Source of the DNA: Pseudomonas aeruginosa PAO1
Lineage (GTDB): Bacteria; Pseudomonadota; Gammaproteobacteria; Pseudomonadales; Pseudomonadaceae
Assembly (NCBI RefSeq): GCF_000006765.1
Contig: NC_002516.2
DNA length: 64,000 nucleotides
Strand: one strand, 5' to 3'
Shown here: piece after piece, positions 1 to 9,889 of the stretch
Numbering within the stretch: position 1 is the stretch's first letter
Layout: each line of letters starts with the position of its first letter
The notes under the pieces: model-generated
The model's input: only the letters and a program-made list of their open reading frames with translations
Told to the model about the DNA's origin: nothing
Databases searched by the model: none
Translations under genes and position numbers: made by a program

Positions 1-230
1 GGCCGCACCAGGAAGCCGGCGGCGAAGGCCATCAGGGCGAAGATGAAGGCCGTGGTGTCGTTGACGCCGGCGAAGAACTGCTTGCTGATCACCGCCGCCA
101 GGGCGCCGTAGAGGAAGAAGTCGTACCACTCGAAGACCGTGCCCAGCGAGGAGGCGAAGATCACCTTGCGCTCCTCCTGGGGCGTGGTCGCAGGCACTGT
201 GTAGGAAGGGGTCGTTGCGTACTCGGTCAT
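1..230 (-). CDS. MFS transporter, MHS family (5' part only; runs off window start; about PA3709)
   Basis: Translated by hand from ATG at 230: MTEYATTPSYTVPATTPQEERKVIFASSLGTVFEWYDFFLYG..., the MHS TM1 signature (G..EWYDF). Confidence 0.9.
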   Translation of the reverse strand, partial: MTEYATTPSYTVPATTPQEERKVIFASSLGTVFEWYDFFLYGALAAVISKQFFAGVNDTTAFIFALMAFAAGFLVR

Positions 231-259
231 TGCGGCTCTCCCGCCCCTTGTGGGGGCTC

Positions 260-267
260 TTATTGTT
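260..267 (-). promoter_or_regulatory. Possible Hfq/Crc CA motif (AACAATAA) upstream of the MFS start
   Basis: Matches AAnAAnAA about 30 nt before the ATG; short motif, so chance match possible. Confidence 0.4.
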
Positions 268-338
268 GTCTGCCATTTCCGTTTTCAGCGTCGACCGCTG
301 CGGCGCCGGGCGCCACGCGATACGGGGTGTAGCGATCC

Positions 339-2012
339 TCAGGCCTCCACCGCCTCCTTGCCGCCGGCCGCCATGGCGCTTTCGACGACCTGCGGCGCGG
401 CCTCGCGGCGGCGCTCGGCGAGAATCATCTGCGCCGCCTTCTCGGCGATCACCAGCACCGGCGAACAGGTGTTGCCGGAGGTCAGGCTGGGCATGATCGA
501 GGCATCGGCGATGCGCAGGCCGGGGATTCCGTGCACCCTCAATTGCGCATCCACCACCGCTTGCGGCCCCTGGCCCATGCGGCAGGTGCCGGCAGGGTGG
601 AAGATGGTGGTGCCGATCTCCGCCGCAGCGCGCTGCAGATCCTCTTCGCTGCGGTATTCCGGGCCGGGCTTGTATTCCTGCGGACGGAAGGCGGCCAGCG
701 CCGGTGCGGCGGCGATGCGGCGGGTCAGGCGTATGGCGTCGGCGGCGACCTTCAGGTCGCGCGGATCGCTCAGGTAGTTGGGCTGGATCGACGGCGCCTC
801 GCCCGGGTCGAGCGAGCGGATGCGCACCGTCCCCCGGCTGTGCGGGCGCAGGTCGCAGACCGACGCGGTGAACGCAGGGAAGGCATGCAGCGGCTCGCCG
901 AAGCGATCCAGCGAGAGCGGCTGGACATGGTATTCGAGGTTGGCCGAGGGCTGCTGCGGATCGGAGCGGGCGAAGGCGCCCAGTTGGCTCGGCGCCATCG
1001 ACAACGGCCCGCTGCGGCTCGCCAGGTAGCGCAGGCCCATGCCCAGCTTGCCCCATAGGCTGCCGGCGATCTGGTTGAGGGTGGGAACGCCGTCGACCTT
1101 GTAGATCATGCGCAGCTGCAGGTGATCCTGGAGATTGCCACCGACCCCGGGCAACTCGTGGACGACCCCGGCGCCGAGCCGCTCCAGCAGGTCCCGCGGG
1201 CCGATCCCGGAGCGTTGCAGCAGGCACGGCGAACCGATCGCGCCGGCGCTCAGGACGATCTCGCGGCACGCCTCGAAGCGCTGCTCGCGGCCCTGCCAAC
1301 GGACCGACAGGGCCCTGGCGCGGCCGTCCTCGAGGAGCACTCGCTGGACTTCGGCATGGGTCAGAACCGTCAGGTTGGCGCGCTGGGCGATGCCGCGCAG
1401 GAAGCCTTTCGAGGCATTCCAGCGCACCCCGCCGCGCTGGTTGACCTGGAAGTAGCCGCAGCCTTCGTTGTCGCCACCGTTGAAATCCTCGACGCTGGCG
1501 ATGCCGGTCTGCGCCGCCGCCTGCTGGAAGGCATCGAGCAGCTTCCAGGAGAGCCGCTGGCGTTCTACCCGCCATTCGCCGCCGGCGCCGTGCATTTCGC
1601 TGGTCCCGGCGAAATGGTCCTCCATCCTGCGGAACAGCGGCAGCAGCTCTCTCCAGCTCCAGCCCGGATTGCCTTCGGCCACCCACTGGTCGTAGTCGCG
1701 GGCCTGGCCACGCATGTAGATCATGCCATTGATCGAGGAGCATCCTCCGAGCACCTTGCCGCGCGGGTACTTCAGGGAACGACCGTTGAGCCCGGGGACC
1801 TCGTCGGTGTCGAAGCACCAGTCGGTACGCGGGTTGCCGATGCAGTAGAGGTAGCCGACGGGAATGTGGATCCAGGGATAGTTGTCCGGGCCGCCGGCTT
1901 CCAGCAGCAGGACACGGTTGGCAGGGTCGGCGGAAAGCCGGTTGGCCAGCAGGCAGCCGGCAGGTCCGGCGCCAACGATGAGGTAGTCGTAGGTATCCAG
2001 TACCTCGGGCAT
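339..2012 (-). CDS. GMC-family FAD oxidoreductase (choline dehydrogenase-like; about PA3710)
   Basis: GAGPAG Rossmann motif, GKVLGGCSSINGMIYMRG, C-terminal IFHPAGTCRMG and DASIMP..SGNT. Confidence 0.93.
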   Translation of the reverse strand: MPEVLDTYDYLIVGAGPAGCLLANRLSADPANRVLLLEAGGPDNYPWIHIPVGYLYCIGNPRTDWCFDTDEVPGLNGRSLKYPRGKVLGGCSSINGMIYMRGQARDYDQWVAEGNPGWSWRELLPLFRRMEDHFAGTSEMHGAGGEWRVERQRLSWKLLDAFQQAAAQTGIASVEDFNGGDNEGCGYFQVNQRGGVRWNASKGFLRGIAQRANLTVLTHAEVQRVLLEDGRARALSVRWQGREQRFEACREIVLSAGAIGSPCLLQRSGIGPRDLLERLGAGVVHELPGVGGNLQDHLQLRMIYKVDGVPTLNQIAGSLWGKLGMGLRYLASRSGPLSMAPSQLGAFARSDPQQPSANLEYHVQPLSLDRFGEPLHAFPAFTASVCDLRPHSRGTVRIRSLDPGEAPSIQPNYLSDPRDLKVAADAIRLTRRIAAAPALAAFRPQEYKPGPEYRSEEDLQRAAAEIGTTIFHPAGTCRMGQGPQAVVDAQLRVHGIPGLRIADASIMPSLTSGNTCSPVLVIAEKAAQMILAERRREAAPQVVESAMAAGGKEAVEA

Positions 2013-2183
2013 GGCGAGCCTCGTCTTGTCGTTCTTGTGATGGGCCGTCGGACCTGCGGATGACCGGCAAGTCTCGAACGGCTTGAGGCTAGTCGTTCAT
2101 TCGCGATAAAAAAACAAACGTTTCGGGGCAGCTATTGTTCGTTTTCTAACAGCCCCCCCTCGGCCCGGCAGAAGGCGCTCCCC

Positions 2184-3089
2184 ATGTTCGACTGGAATGA
2201 CCTGCGTTTCTTCCTCGAGTTGCAGCGCAGCGGTCGCCTGCTGACCGCCGCCAAGCGTCTCGGCACCACTCACGCCACGGTGGCCCGGCACATCGAGAAC
2301 ATCGAGCGCGACCTCGGCACCCAACTGTTCGCCCAGCACACCGGCGGCTACCAGTTGACTCCGGCCGGCCAGGCGCTGCTCAAGCACGCCGAGGCGATGG
2401 AGAACACCGCGCTGCTCGCCCAGGAAGAAATGAGCCAGAGCATCTCGCCGCTGGGGCAGATCCGCATCGGCGTCACCGAAGGCCTCGGCAGCGTCTTCCT
2501 CGCTCCGCGCCTGGCGCAATTGATGCGCCACTACCCGGGCCTGGAGGTCGAGCTGGTCTCGGTGCCGCGCTTCGTCAGCATCACCAACCGCGAAGCGGAC
2601 ATCGCCATCTCCCTCGACCGGCCGAGCGCCGACCTGGTGATCACCCGCCTGCTGACCCGCTATCGCCTGGCGTTGTTCGCCAGCCCCGCCTACCTGGAAC
2701 AGGCGCCGCCGCTGCGCGACCGCGACGACCTCGGCAGGCACCAGTGGATCGGCTACGTCGACGACCTGCTGTTCAGCCAGGAACTGATGTTCCACCACAG
2801 TTTCTGCCGCCACCCGCAGGTCGTGTTCCGCAGCACCAGCGTGGTCGCCCAGCAGCAGGCGGCACAGGCCGGCATCGGCCTGGCGATCCTGCCGCACTTC
2901 ATGGGTAGCCGCGATCCGTTGCTGGTACCGGTGCTGCCCGAGGAAAGCATCCAGCGCGAGTACTGGATGAGCACTCGGCGGGAGTTGCACCGCTCGGTGC
3001 GCCTGCGGGTGGTCTGGGACTTCCTGCTGGAGCTGTGCCAGCGCGAGCGAGAGGTTCTGCTCGGCCCTTCGGCAACGCCGCCGCCCTGA
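2184..3089 (+). CDS. LysR-family transcriptional regulator, divergent from the GMC gene (about PA3711)
   Basis: N-terminal HTH (DWNDLRFFL..AAKRLGTTHATVARHI..LF...GYQLTPAG), 301 aa. Confidence 0.93.
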   Translation: MFDWNDLRFFLELQRSGRLLTAAKRLGTTHATVARHIENIERDLGTQLFAQHTGGYQLTPAGQALLKHAEAMENTALLAQEEMSQSISPLGQIRIGVTEGLGSVFLAPRLAQLMRHYPGLEVELVSVPRFVSITNREADIAISLDRPSADLVITRLLTRYRLALFASPAYLEQAPPLRDRDDLGRHQWIGYVDDLLFSQELMFHHSFCRHPQVVFRSTSVVAQQQAAQAGIGLAILPHFMGSRDPLLVPVLPEESIQREYWMSTRRELHRSVRLRVVWDFLLELCQREREVLLGPSATPPP

Positions 3090-3125
3090 TGGCGGCGGTT
3101 ATCCGCGGAACGACACTCCGCCGTC

Positions 3126-3821
3126 TCAGGCCAGGCGTTGCAGCGCCTGTCTGGCCTGGTTCTCCAGCTCCAGCTTGAACGAGGGCTCCAGGCGCAGCTG
3201 CCGCGCCAGCTCCTCGAGGTAGGAGCGCTCCATGAAGCTTTCCTCGTCGACCATCAGCAGGCTGGCCAGGTACATCTCCGCGGCGATCTCCGGGGTGCTC
3301 GCGGCACGGGCGATCTCGGCCGGGTCCAGCGGCTTGTTCAGCTCGCGCTCCAGCCAGCCCTGCACCTCGCGGTCGCTGGTCAGCTTGGCCACCTCGCCTT
3401 CGATCATCTGCCGTTCGCGCTCGTCGATGTGGCCGTCGGCCTTGGCCGCACCGACGATGGCCTGGAGGATCGCGTGGCTATGCACTTCGGCCTGGGCTTC
3501 CGGCAGGCGGTCGACGGTCTGCGGCTGCGCCTGCGGCGCGGCGCCGTTCTGTTGCTGCTGCCAGTTGTTGTAGGCCTTGTAGGCGATCACCCCGAGCGCG
3601 GCGAGGCCGCCGTAGGTGATCGCCTTGCCGCCGAACTTGCGCGCCTTCTTGTTTCCCAGCAGCAGGCCGATGGCGCCGGCCGCCAGGGCTCCGCCGCCGG
3701 CGCCGGAAAGCAGGCTGCCGAGCTGTCCGCCGCCGCTGGCGCCGGGCTTGCCGCCGGACTTGTTCTGCAACATTTCCTGCCCGGACTTGAGCAATTGGTC
3801 GAGCAAACCACGGGTATTCAT
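3126..3821 (-). CDS. YebE/DUF533 (TerB-like) membrane protein (about PA3712)
   Basis: Start MNTRGLLDQLL after GGAGG SD; AAKADGHIDERE and AAEMYLASLLMVDE motifs. Confidence 0.85.
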   Translation of the reverse strand: MNTRGLLDQLLKSGQEMLQNKSGGKPGASGGGQLGSLLSGAGGGALAAGAIGLLLGNKKARKFGGKAITYGGLAALGVIAYKAYNNWQQQQNGAAPQAQPQTVDRLPEAQAEVHSHAILQAIVGAAKADGHIDERERQMIEGEVAKLTSDREVQGWLERELNKPLDPAEIARAASTPEIAAEMYLASLLMVDEESFMERSYLEELARQLRLEPSFKLELENQARQALQRLA

Positions 3822-4142
3822 GAGGAACCTCCAGGACGTTCGGTAACAACCGGATTCGACCGACTCTAGCCCTTCGCGTCCGCGCTGCCCGCCGGGAGTT
3901 TGCTTCGAGATATTGCCGGCCTCCCCGGACACCGTGGCAAAGCGCGACACATGTCACATTTCTCCAGATAGAGGCCTAGTGCCAGCAGAAAGCCCTTCGA
4001 CGCGCCGGCATGGCCCTCTAAACTCCGCGCCCGCCCGCGACTGCGGGTCGGCGTCCGACGCCAGCCGCTCCGCGCGCATTCGCAACAGCAATCTGTGAAC
4101 ATGGCTCCCCCGAGCCACCCACTGCCTCGCAAAGGACTTCCC

Positions 4143-6005
4143 ATGACCATCTCCCGCCGCGACTTCCTGAACGGCGTAGCCCTGACCATCGCCGCAGGCC
4201 TGACCCCCGCCGAGATCCTCCGCGCCGCCCCCGGCGGCCGCTACTATCCGCCCGCGCTCACCGGCCTGCGCGGTAGCCATCCGGGCGCCTTCGAAGTCGC
4301 ACACCAGATGGGCTGGGAGAAGAAGACCTTCGATGTCGACCACCTGCCGATCGAAGAGGAATACGACCTGGTGGTGGTCGGCGGCGGCATCAGCGGCCTC
4401 GCCGCCGCCTGGTTCTATCGCGAACGGCACCCCGCGGCGCGCATCCTGGTCATCGAGAACCACGACGACTTCGGCGGCCATGCCAAGCGCAACGAATTCC
4501 AGGCCGGCGGGCGCACTATCCTCGGCTACGGCGGCAGCGAGTCGCTGCAATCGCCGAACGCCCTCTATAGCGAAGACGCCAAACACCTGCTGAAACGCCT
4601 GGGCGTCGAGCTCAAGCGCTTCGAGACAGCCTTCGACACCGACTTCTACCCCGGCCTGGGCCTGTCCCGCGCGGTGTTCTTCGACAAGGCCAGCTTCGGC
4701 GTGGACAAGCTGGTCAGCGGCGACCCGACGCCGATGGTTGCCGACGAGGTCCCCCGCGATCGTCTCAATGCCCGCTCCTGGCGCGCCTTCATCGGCGACT
4801 TCCCGCTGAGCCGCGAAGACCGGGAGGCGCTCATCGCGCTGTACGAGTCACCTCGCGACTATCTTGCCGGCAAGAGCGTGGAAGAGAAGGAAACCTACCT
4901 GGCGAAGACCAGCTACCGCGACTACCTGCTCAAGAACGTCGGGCTCTCGGAAACCTCGGTGAAGTACTTCCAGGGCCGCAGCAACGACTTCTCTGCCCTC
5001 GGCGCCGACGCCCTGCCGGCGGCCGACGCATACGCCGCCGGCTTCCCCGGCTTCGACGCCCTCGGCCTGCCGCAACCCAGCGAGGAGGCCCAGGCGGAAA
5101 TGGACGAGCCGTACATCTACCATTTCCCCGACGGCAACGCCTCGCTGGCTCGGCTCATGGTGCGCGACCTGATCCCCGCGGTGGCGCCGGGCCGAGGCAT
5201 GGAGGACATCGTCATGGCCCGCTTCGACTACTCGAAGCTGGACCTCGCCGGGCACCCGGTGCGCCTGCGCCTGAACAGCACCGCCGTCAGCGTGCGCAAC
5301 CGCGCCGGCGGCGTCGATGTCGGCTACAGCCGCGCCGGCCGCCTGCACCGGGTACGCGGCAAGCACTGCGTGATGGCCTGCTACAACATGATGGTGCCGT
5401 ACCTGCTGCGCGACCTCTCCGAGGAGCAGGCCCACGCGCTGAGCCAGAACGTCAAGTTCCCGCTGGTGTACACCAAGGTATTGCTGCGCAACTGGCAGGC
5501 CTGGAAGACCCTCGGCATCCACGAGATCTACGCGCCGACCCTGCCCTACTCGCGGATCAAGCTGGACTTCCCGGTCGACCTCGGCAGCTACCGGCATCCA
5601 CGCGACCCGCGGCAGCCGATCGGCGTGCACATGGTCTACGTGCCGACCACCCCGAACGCCGGCATGGACGCCCGCACCCAGGCTCGCGTAGGCCGCAGCA
5701 AGCTCTACGCGATGAGCTTCGAGCAACTGGAAAAGGACATCCGCGACCAGCTCCAGGCCATGCTCGGCCCGGCGGGCTTCGACCACCGCCGCGACATCAC
5801 CGGCATCACCGTGAACCGCTGGTCGCACGGCTACTCCTACTTCATGAATACCCTCTACGACGACGAGGCGGAAAGCGAAGCGCTGATGGAACTGGCGCGA
5901 AGCAAGGTCGGCAATGTCGCCATCGCCAACTCGGATGCGGCCTGGGATGCCTACGCCCATGCCGCCATCGACCAGGCGGTGCGGGCAGTCCGCGAACTGG
6001 GTTGA
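4143..6005 (+). CDS. spdH: Spermidine dehydrogenase (FAD; Tat signal)
   Basis: MTISRRDFL twin-arginine signal, VVGGGISGL FAD motif, 620 aa; position matches PA3713. Confidence 0.88.
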   Translation: MTISRRDFLNGVALTIAAGLTPAEILRAAPGGRYYPPALTGLRGSHPGAFEVAHQMGWEKKTFDVDHLPIEEEYDLVVVGGGISGLAAAWFYRERHPAARILVIENHDDFGGHAKRNEFQAGGRTILGYGGSESLQSPNALYSEDAKHLLKRLGVELKRFETAFDTDFYPGLGLSRAVFFDKASFGVDKLVSGDPTPMVADEVPRDRLNARSWRAFIGDFPLSREDREALIALYESPRDYLAGKSVEEKETYLAKTSYRDYLLKNVGLSETSVKYFQGRSNDFSALGADALPAADAYAAGFPGFDALGLPQPSEEAQAEMDEPYIYHFPDGNASLARLMVRDLIPAVAPGRGMEDIVMARFDYSKLDLAGHPVRLRLNSTAVSVRNRAGGVDVGYSRAGRLHRVRGKHCVMACYNMMVPYLLRDLSEEQAHALSQNVKFPLVYTKVLLRNWQAWKTLGIHEIYAPTLPYSRIKLDFPVDLGSYRHPRDPRQPIGVHMVYVPTTPNAGMDARTQARVGRSKLYAMSFEQLEKDIRDQLQAMLGPAGFDHRRDITGITVNRWSHGYSYFMNTLYDDEAESEALMELARSKVGNVAIANSDAAWDAYAHAAIDQAVRAVRELG

Positions 6006-6168
6006 AGGACGGCGACGGCAGCGGAACCCGCGCTGCCGTCGCGCCCTTCCGATGTCCAGCAAGACTGACAGAAATGTACTGACAGCGATTTCAACCCCTA
6101 CTCCACGAAAGCCGTTCAAAGACCCTATGTTTCTCGGCCTCCCCTCGAAATAACCTAGGGAAAACACA

Positions 6169-6182
6169 TAGGAAATTTCCTA
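6169..6182. promoter_or_regulatory. Perfect 14-bp palindrome TAGGAAATTTCCTA, RcsB-box-like
   Basis: Self-complementary sequence in an AT-rich intergenic region about 150 bp upstream of an RcsB-like regulator. Confidence 0.55.
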
Positions 6183-6328
6183 CTAGCATTCAGAAAAGTC
6201 CTGATTAAACCGACAGACACCATCGCTAGAATTCGAGCCCGTCCGGAGCTGCCTCCTGGCGGATTATCCGCCTGCCGGCGTTGCCGGTAGCCGCTGCGGA
6301 AACCCCCACCTCGATCGGGTTCGATTTC

Positions 6329-6970
6329 ATGAAAACACGCGTCATCCTCGTCGACGACCACGCCCTCACCCTGATCGGCATGCGCTATCTGCTGAGTGCG
6401 TACGACGACCTGCGGATCGTCGCCCAGGCCCAGGACGCCGATGGCTTGCTGGCGCAGCTCGAAGCGCACCCCTGCGACCTGCTGATCACCGACCTGATGA
6501 TGCCCGGCAGCCAGCAGGCCGACGGCTTGCGCCTGGTGCAGAAGGTCCGGCGGCGCTATCCGGACCTGCCGATCATCGTCGTCACCATGCTCGGCAACCC
6601 GGCACTCGTTTCATCCCTGCTCAAGCTGGGCATTCACGGCCTGGTGAGCAAACGCGGCATGCTCGACGATCTGCCCAAGGCGATCCGCCACGCCGGCCGT
6701 CGACCATTCATCTCGCGCTCCATCGCACACCTGCTGGAAGTGGGCGAAGCCGAGCACGGCAAGCCGCTGGCCAGCCTCGAACAACTCACCCCGCGCGAAG
6801 TGGAAGTGCTGCGCCTGTACGGCAGCGGCCTGGCGGTCGGGGAAATCGCCATCCGACTGTGCCGCAGCAAGCAGACCATCAGCGCGCAAAAGAGCAGCGC
6901 CATGCGCAAGCTTGGCCTGGACAGCAATGCCGGACTCTTTATCTACATCCGGGAAAACGGCCTGGCCTGA
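6329..6970 (+). CDS. Orphan RcsB-like response regulator (REC plus LuxR-type HTH; about PA3714)
   Basis: ILVDDH, LLITDLMMPG phosphoacceptor, KQTISAQKSSAMRKLG (compare RcsB KTISSQKKSAMMKLG); no adjacent kinase. Confidence 0.9.
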   Translation: MKTRVILVDDHALTLIGMRYLLSAYDDLRIVAQAQDADGLLAQLEAHPCDLLITDLMMPGSQQADGLRLVQKVRRRYPDLPIIVVTMLGNPALVSSLLKLGIHGLVSKRGMLDDLPKAIRHAGRRPFISRSIAHLLEVGEAEHGKPLASLEQLTPREVEVLRLYGSGLAVGEIAIRLCRSKQTISAQKSSAMRKLGLDSNAGLFIYIRENGLA

Positions 6971-7090
6971 GCAGCGCGGCCGCGATATGTCCGCCCCGCC
7001 AGCCCGCTTCGCAAGGTCCGCGCAGCCGCTAGAATGTCCCGCAGCGCCGGGCGTCTTCCGTGCCCGCCTCCGCCAAAGGACTCTTTTCAC

Positions 7091-7894
7091 ATGGACCGTA
7101 ACCGCCGCCTCTCCGCCCGACTCTGCCTCCTGCTGCTGGGACTCGCCAGCCAGGCCGAAGCCCGCGAACCGCAGCCCTGCGCGTCGCGACTGCTTGACGC
7201 CGTAGCCAGGCAGGTCGGCCACGATGGCTGGATAGCCCCTTCGTACGAATCTTCCGGTCCGTTCCTCGCCGTGGCCTGCAAGCCCTGGCCGGACGACCCC
7301 GCGCAGACGGTGATCGCCATGGCCTACCTGGATCCGGGCGACACCGCCGTGGAAGGCGAACGCCACCCGCATCTGCTATTGGCCAAGGCCGACAGCCGCA
7401 GCGGCAGGCTGCTCGAACGCTACGACAGCGACTTCGAAGAAGACGCCTCCGTCGCCGTCGGCAGCGACAGCCTCTGGCTGGACACCGCGCGCTATCGCCT
7501 GAGCCCGACGGTGCGCGCCTTCGGCGTGGTATTCCATAGCGTGGCGCGTGGCGCCAGTTGTCCGGAAGCCGGCTTCGACAACCTGCTGACCCTGGTGGTG
7601 CCGGCCGGCGAAGGCAAGCTGCGGCCGGTGCTCAATACCTACCTGGACCAGTGGAGGACGCTGAAAGGCTCGGTCTGCTCCGCCGAGCCCGGGTTCGAAC
7701 AGGAAGTCTCGCACCTGACCCTGGAACTCGGCCGCGGACGCTCCAACGGCTTTGCCGACCTGGTCATCACCTCGCGGGTCAGCGACGGCGAAACGGAGAA
7801 CGGCAAACCCTTGCGCACGGTGAAGCGCACGCTGCGCTATGACGGCGAGCGCTACCCGTTCGAGGAGTATTCGGACTTCTGGCACCGCCAGTGA
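7091..7894 (+). CDS. Exported hypothetical protein (about PA3715)
   Basis: Basic N-terminus, hydrophobic core and AEA cleavage site; typical codon usage; several Cys. Confidence 0.75.
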   Translation: MDRNRRLSARLCLLLLGLASQAEAREPQPCASRLLDAVARQVGHDGWIAPSYESSGPFLAVACKPWPDDPAQTVIAMAYLDPGDTAVEGERHPHLLLAKADSRSGRLLERYDSDFEEDASVAVGSDSLWLDTARYRLSPTVRAFGVVFHSVARGASCPEAGFDNLLTLVVPAGEGKLRPVLNTYLDQWRTLKGSVCSAEPGFEQEVSHLTLELGRGRSNGFADLVITSRVSDGETENGKPLRTVKRTLRYDGERYPFEEYSDFWHRQ

Positions 7895-7972
7895 GGGGAG
7901 ACCGTGGCCAGCAGCCACGGCGAAACAGCGGAACCGCGCGCCCGCCGCAAGGGACGGACGCGCCCGGGGAAC

Positions 7973-9679
7973 TCAGCTCTCGCTGGTTTCCTCGCTCTCT
8001 TCGACGGGCGCCGGCTCCTGCTCCGGCTCGCCTTCGTCGTCCTGCTCGTCGTCCGACTGGCAATACGGGGTCGGGTCCTGCGGCCAGATCGCCTTGCCAT
8101 TGCCGTCGAGCAACTGTTCGGCGCCGCAATCGGTGGTGGCCACGGTGAAGCGCGGCTTGCCGTTCAGGTCGTACAGTGCGCGCAAGGTTTCCGTCGCCTC
8201 GTCGCCAGTGCCGCTGACTTCGTAGCCCAGGATGTAACCCTGCTGCGGATTCACCTCCAGCTTCTGCCAGAGCGCTGGAACCAGCGTGCGTCCCTGGCGA
8301 TCGAGCAACACGGTGTGGGCAGCGTTGTCCATACCGTCGAGACCTTCCAGGAAACGACCGTCATAAGCAGACTGGATGCTGATCAGTTCGTCCGGCTCCA
8401 GCAGCATCTTGCCGCTGCGGTCCATCAGGCCCACCACCGGCACCTGGCTTTCCGAACCCATGAAGCTGACGGTCTTCTGCGGCCCGCCCTTCTTCGCCAC
8501 GACGAACAGGTCGTTGCCCAGCGCGCCGATCTGCGCATAACCCGGCTTCACCCACTCGCTGCCTTCGTCGAGGTTGAAGATGCCGAAGTCGGCGCTGAAC
8601 AGGCCGGTGCTCACGCCGACGGCAGCCAGGCCGGGCACGTCGACGGTGTAGCCAAGCGCGGTGAGGCCGGCGCTGTCGGCCGAATCGTACTGCGGCTGCA
8701 CCTTCCAGGCGCCGCTGCGATCGATCAGGCCGTACTTGCCCGACGAGCCATCTTCCATGCGCTGCTGGGCCAGCCCGCCCTGCTTGCCGAAGGCGCCGCA
8801 ACCGGCGAACTGGGCGGCGATCGCCACCTTGCCCTGGTAGTCGAGGTAGCCACAGGGGCTGTCGTACTTCTCGCGGAACGCGACCAGGCCGTTGGCCGGG
8901 GTGCCCAGGTAATCGTAGCTCTTGCCGTCACCGACCACGTCGCCCTTGGCATCCACCAGTTGGGAGCCCTTGCCGATGACGCTGGCGCTCATCACGCCGT
9001 CGTGGAGGTCGCCCAGGCTCTCGTAGGCCACGGCCTTCTGTTCGCCGGTAGCGAGGTTGATGATCCACTTCTCCTCGCCACGCTCGGCGCTGATCAAGCC
9101 ACCGTGTTCGGCGACGCTGCCGTTGACCAGGGTGGTGTCGTAGAGCGCCTCGGTGAGCTGCTTGCCCTTGGCATCGAGGATGCCGCGCTTGCCATCGATC
9201 TCGTAGATGATGAATTCGTTGGCACTGTTGGGGTAGATGTCGTCGAAACGCGGCGCCTGGACTTCCTTGCCCTGGCCGTCGACCACGCCGTACTTGCCAT
9301 CGCGGACGAAGCCATAGAGGTTGGGGGTGAGCAGCGACAGGGCTTCGCCGATATCGTCGCGCAACACCTTGCCGTCCTTCGCCTGGATCAGGTTCCAGCG
9401 CTCCTCGCGCGCCGCCATCAGGGTGCCCTGGTAGGCGCTGGCGACGATATTGTCGTAGTCGTTGTCGAACGGCACGAGCAGCTTGGCGTCCTGGTCGATC
9501 ACCGCGCACTGGCCGTTGAGGCATAGCGGGATGCTCAGTGCAGCCATGCTCGGTGCGGCCGGTTGCGGCGCGACTGCCGCAGGCTTCGGCGCATCGTCGC
9601 CCTGGTTGCAGGCGCTGAGGAGCAAGGTGGAAACGGAGACGGCGAGGGTGTTGCGGCCGATACGCGACAGTCTTTGCAT
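7973..9679 (-). CDS. WG-repeat lipoprotein with acidic C-terminal tail (about PA3716)
   Basis: MQRLSRIGR..LLLSAC lipobox; repeated units such as KYGVVDGQGK, KRGILDAKGK, CGYLDYQGK, KYGLIDRSG. Confidence 0.85.
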   Translation of the reverse strand: MQRLSRIGRNTLAVSVSTLLLSACNQGDDAPKPAAVAPQPAAPSMAALSIPLCLNGQCAVIDQDAKLLVPFDNDYDNIVASAYQGTLMAAREERWNLIQAKDGKVLRDDIGEALSLLTPNLYGFVRDGKYGVVDGQGKEVQAPRFDDIYPNSANEFIIYEIDGKRGILDAKGKQLTEALYDTTLVNGSVAEHGGLISAERGEEKWIINLATGEQKAVAYESLGDLHDGVMSASVIGKGSQLVDAKGDVVGDGKSYDYLGTPANGLVAFREKYDSPCGYLDYQGKVAIAAQFAGCGAFGKQGGLAQQRMEDGSSGKYGLIDRSGAWKVQPQYDSADSAGLTALGYTVDVPGLAAVGVSTGLFSADFGIFNLDEGSEWVKPGYAQIGALGNDLFVVAKKGGPQKTVSFMGSESQVPVVGLMDRSGKMLLEPDELISIQSAYDGRFLEGLDGMDNAAHTVLLDRQGRTLVPALWQKLEVNPQQGYILGYEVSGTGDEATETLRALYDLNGKPRFTVATTDCGAEQLLDGNGKAIWPQDPTPYCQSDDEQDDEGEPEQEPAPVEESEETSES

Positions 9680-9889
9680 GCGGATATGTTCTCGTATGAT
9701 CCCTGAGATATGTGTCCAGCCGCGATGCGCGCGACATCGCGGAGCGCGGTAGCCTTCCCGACGGAAAGGCGCGGGCATGATGCCCGTGCCGCGGACCGCC
9801 TGGCAATGCCCTGATCCGTCGGCTCGGCGACAGGCGGCGCGCTTGCTGGCAGAATCGCGGCTTTCCGCAAACCGCGCAGGTACCGCCCC

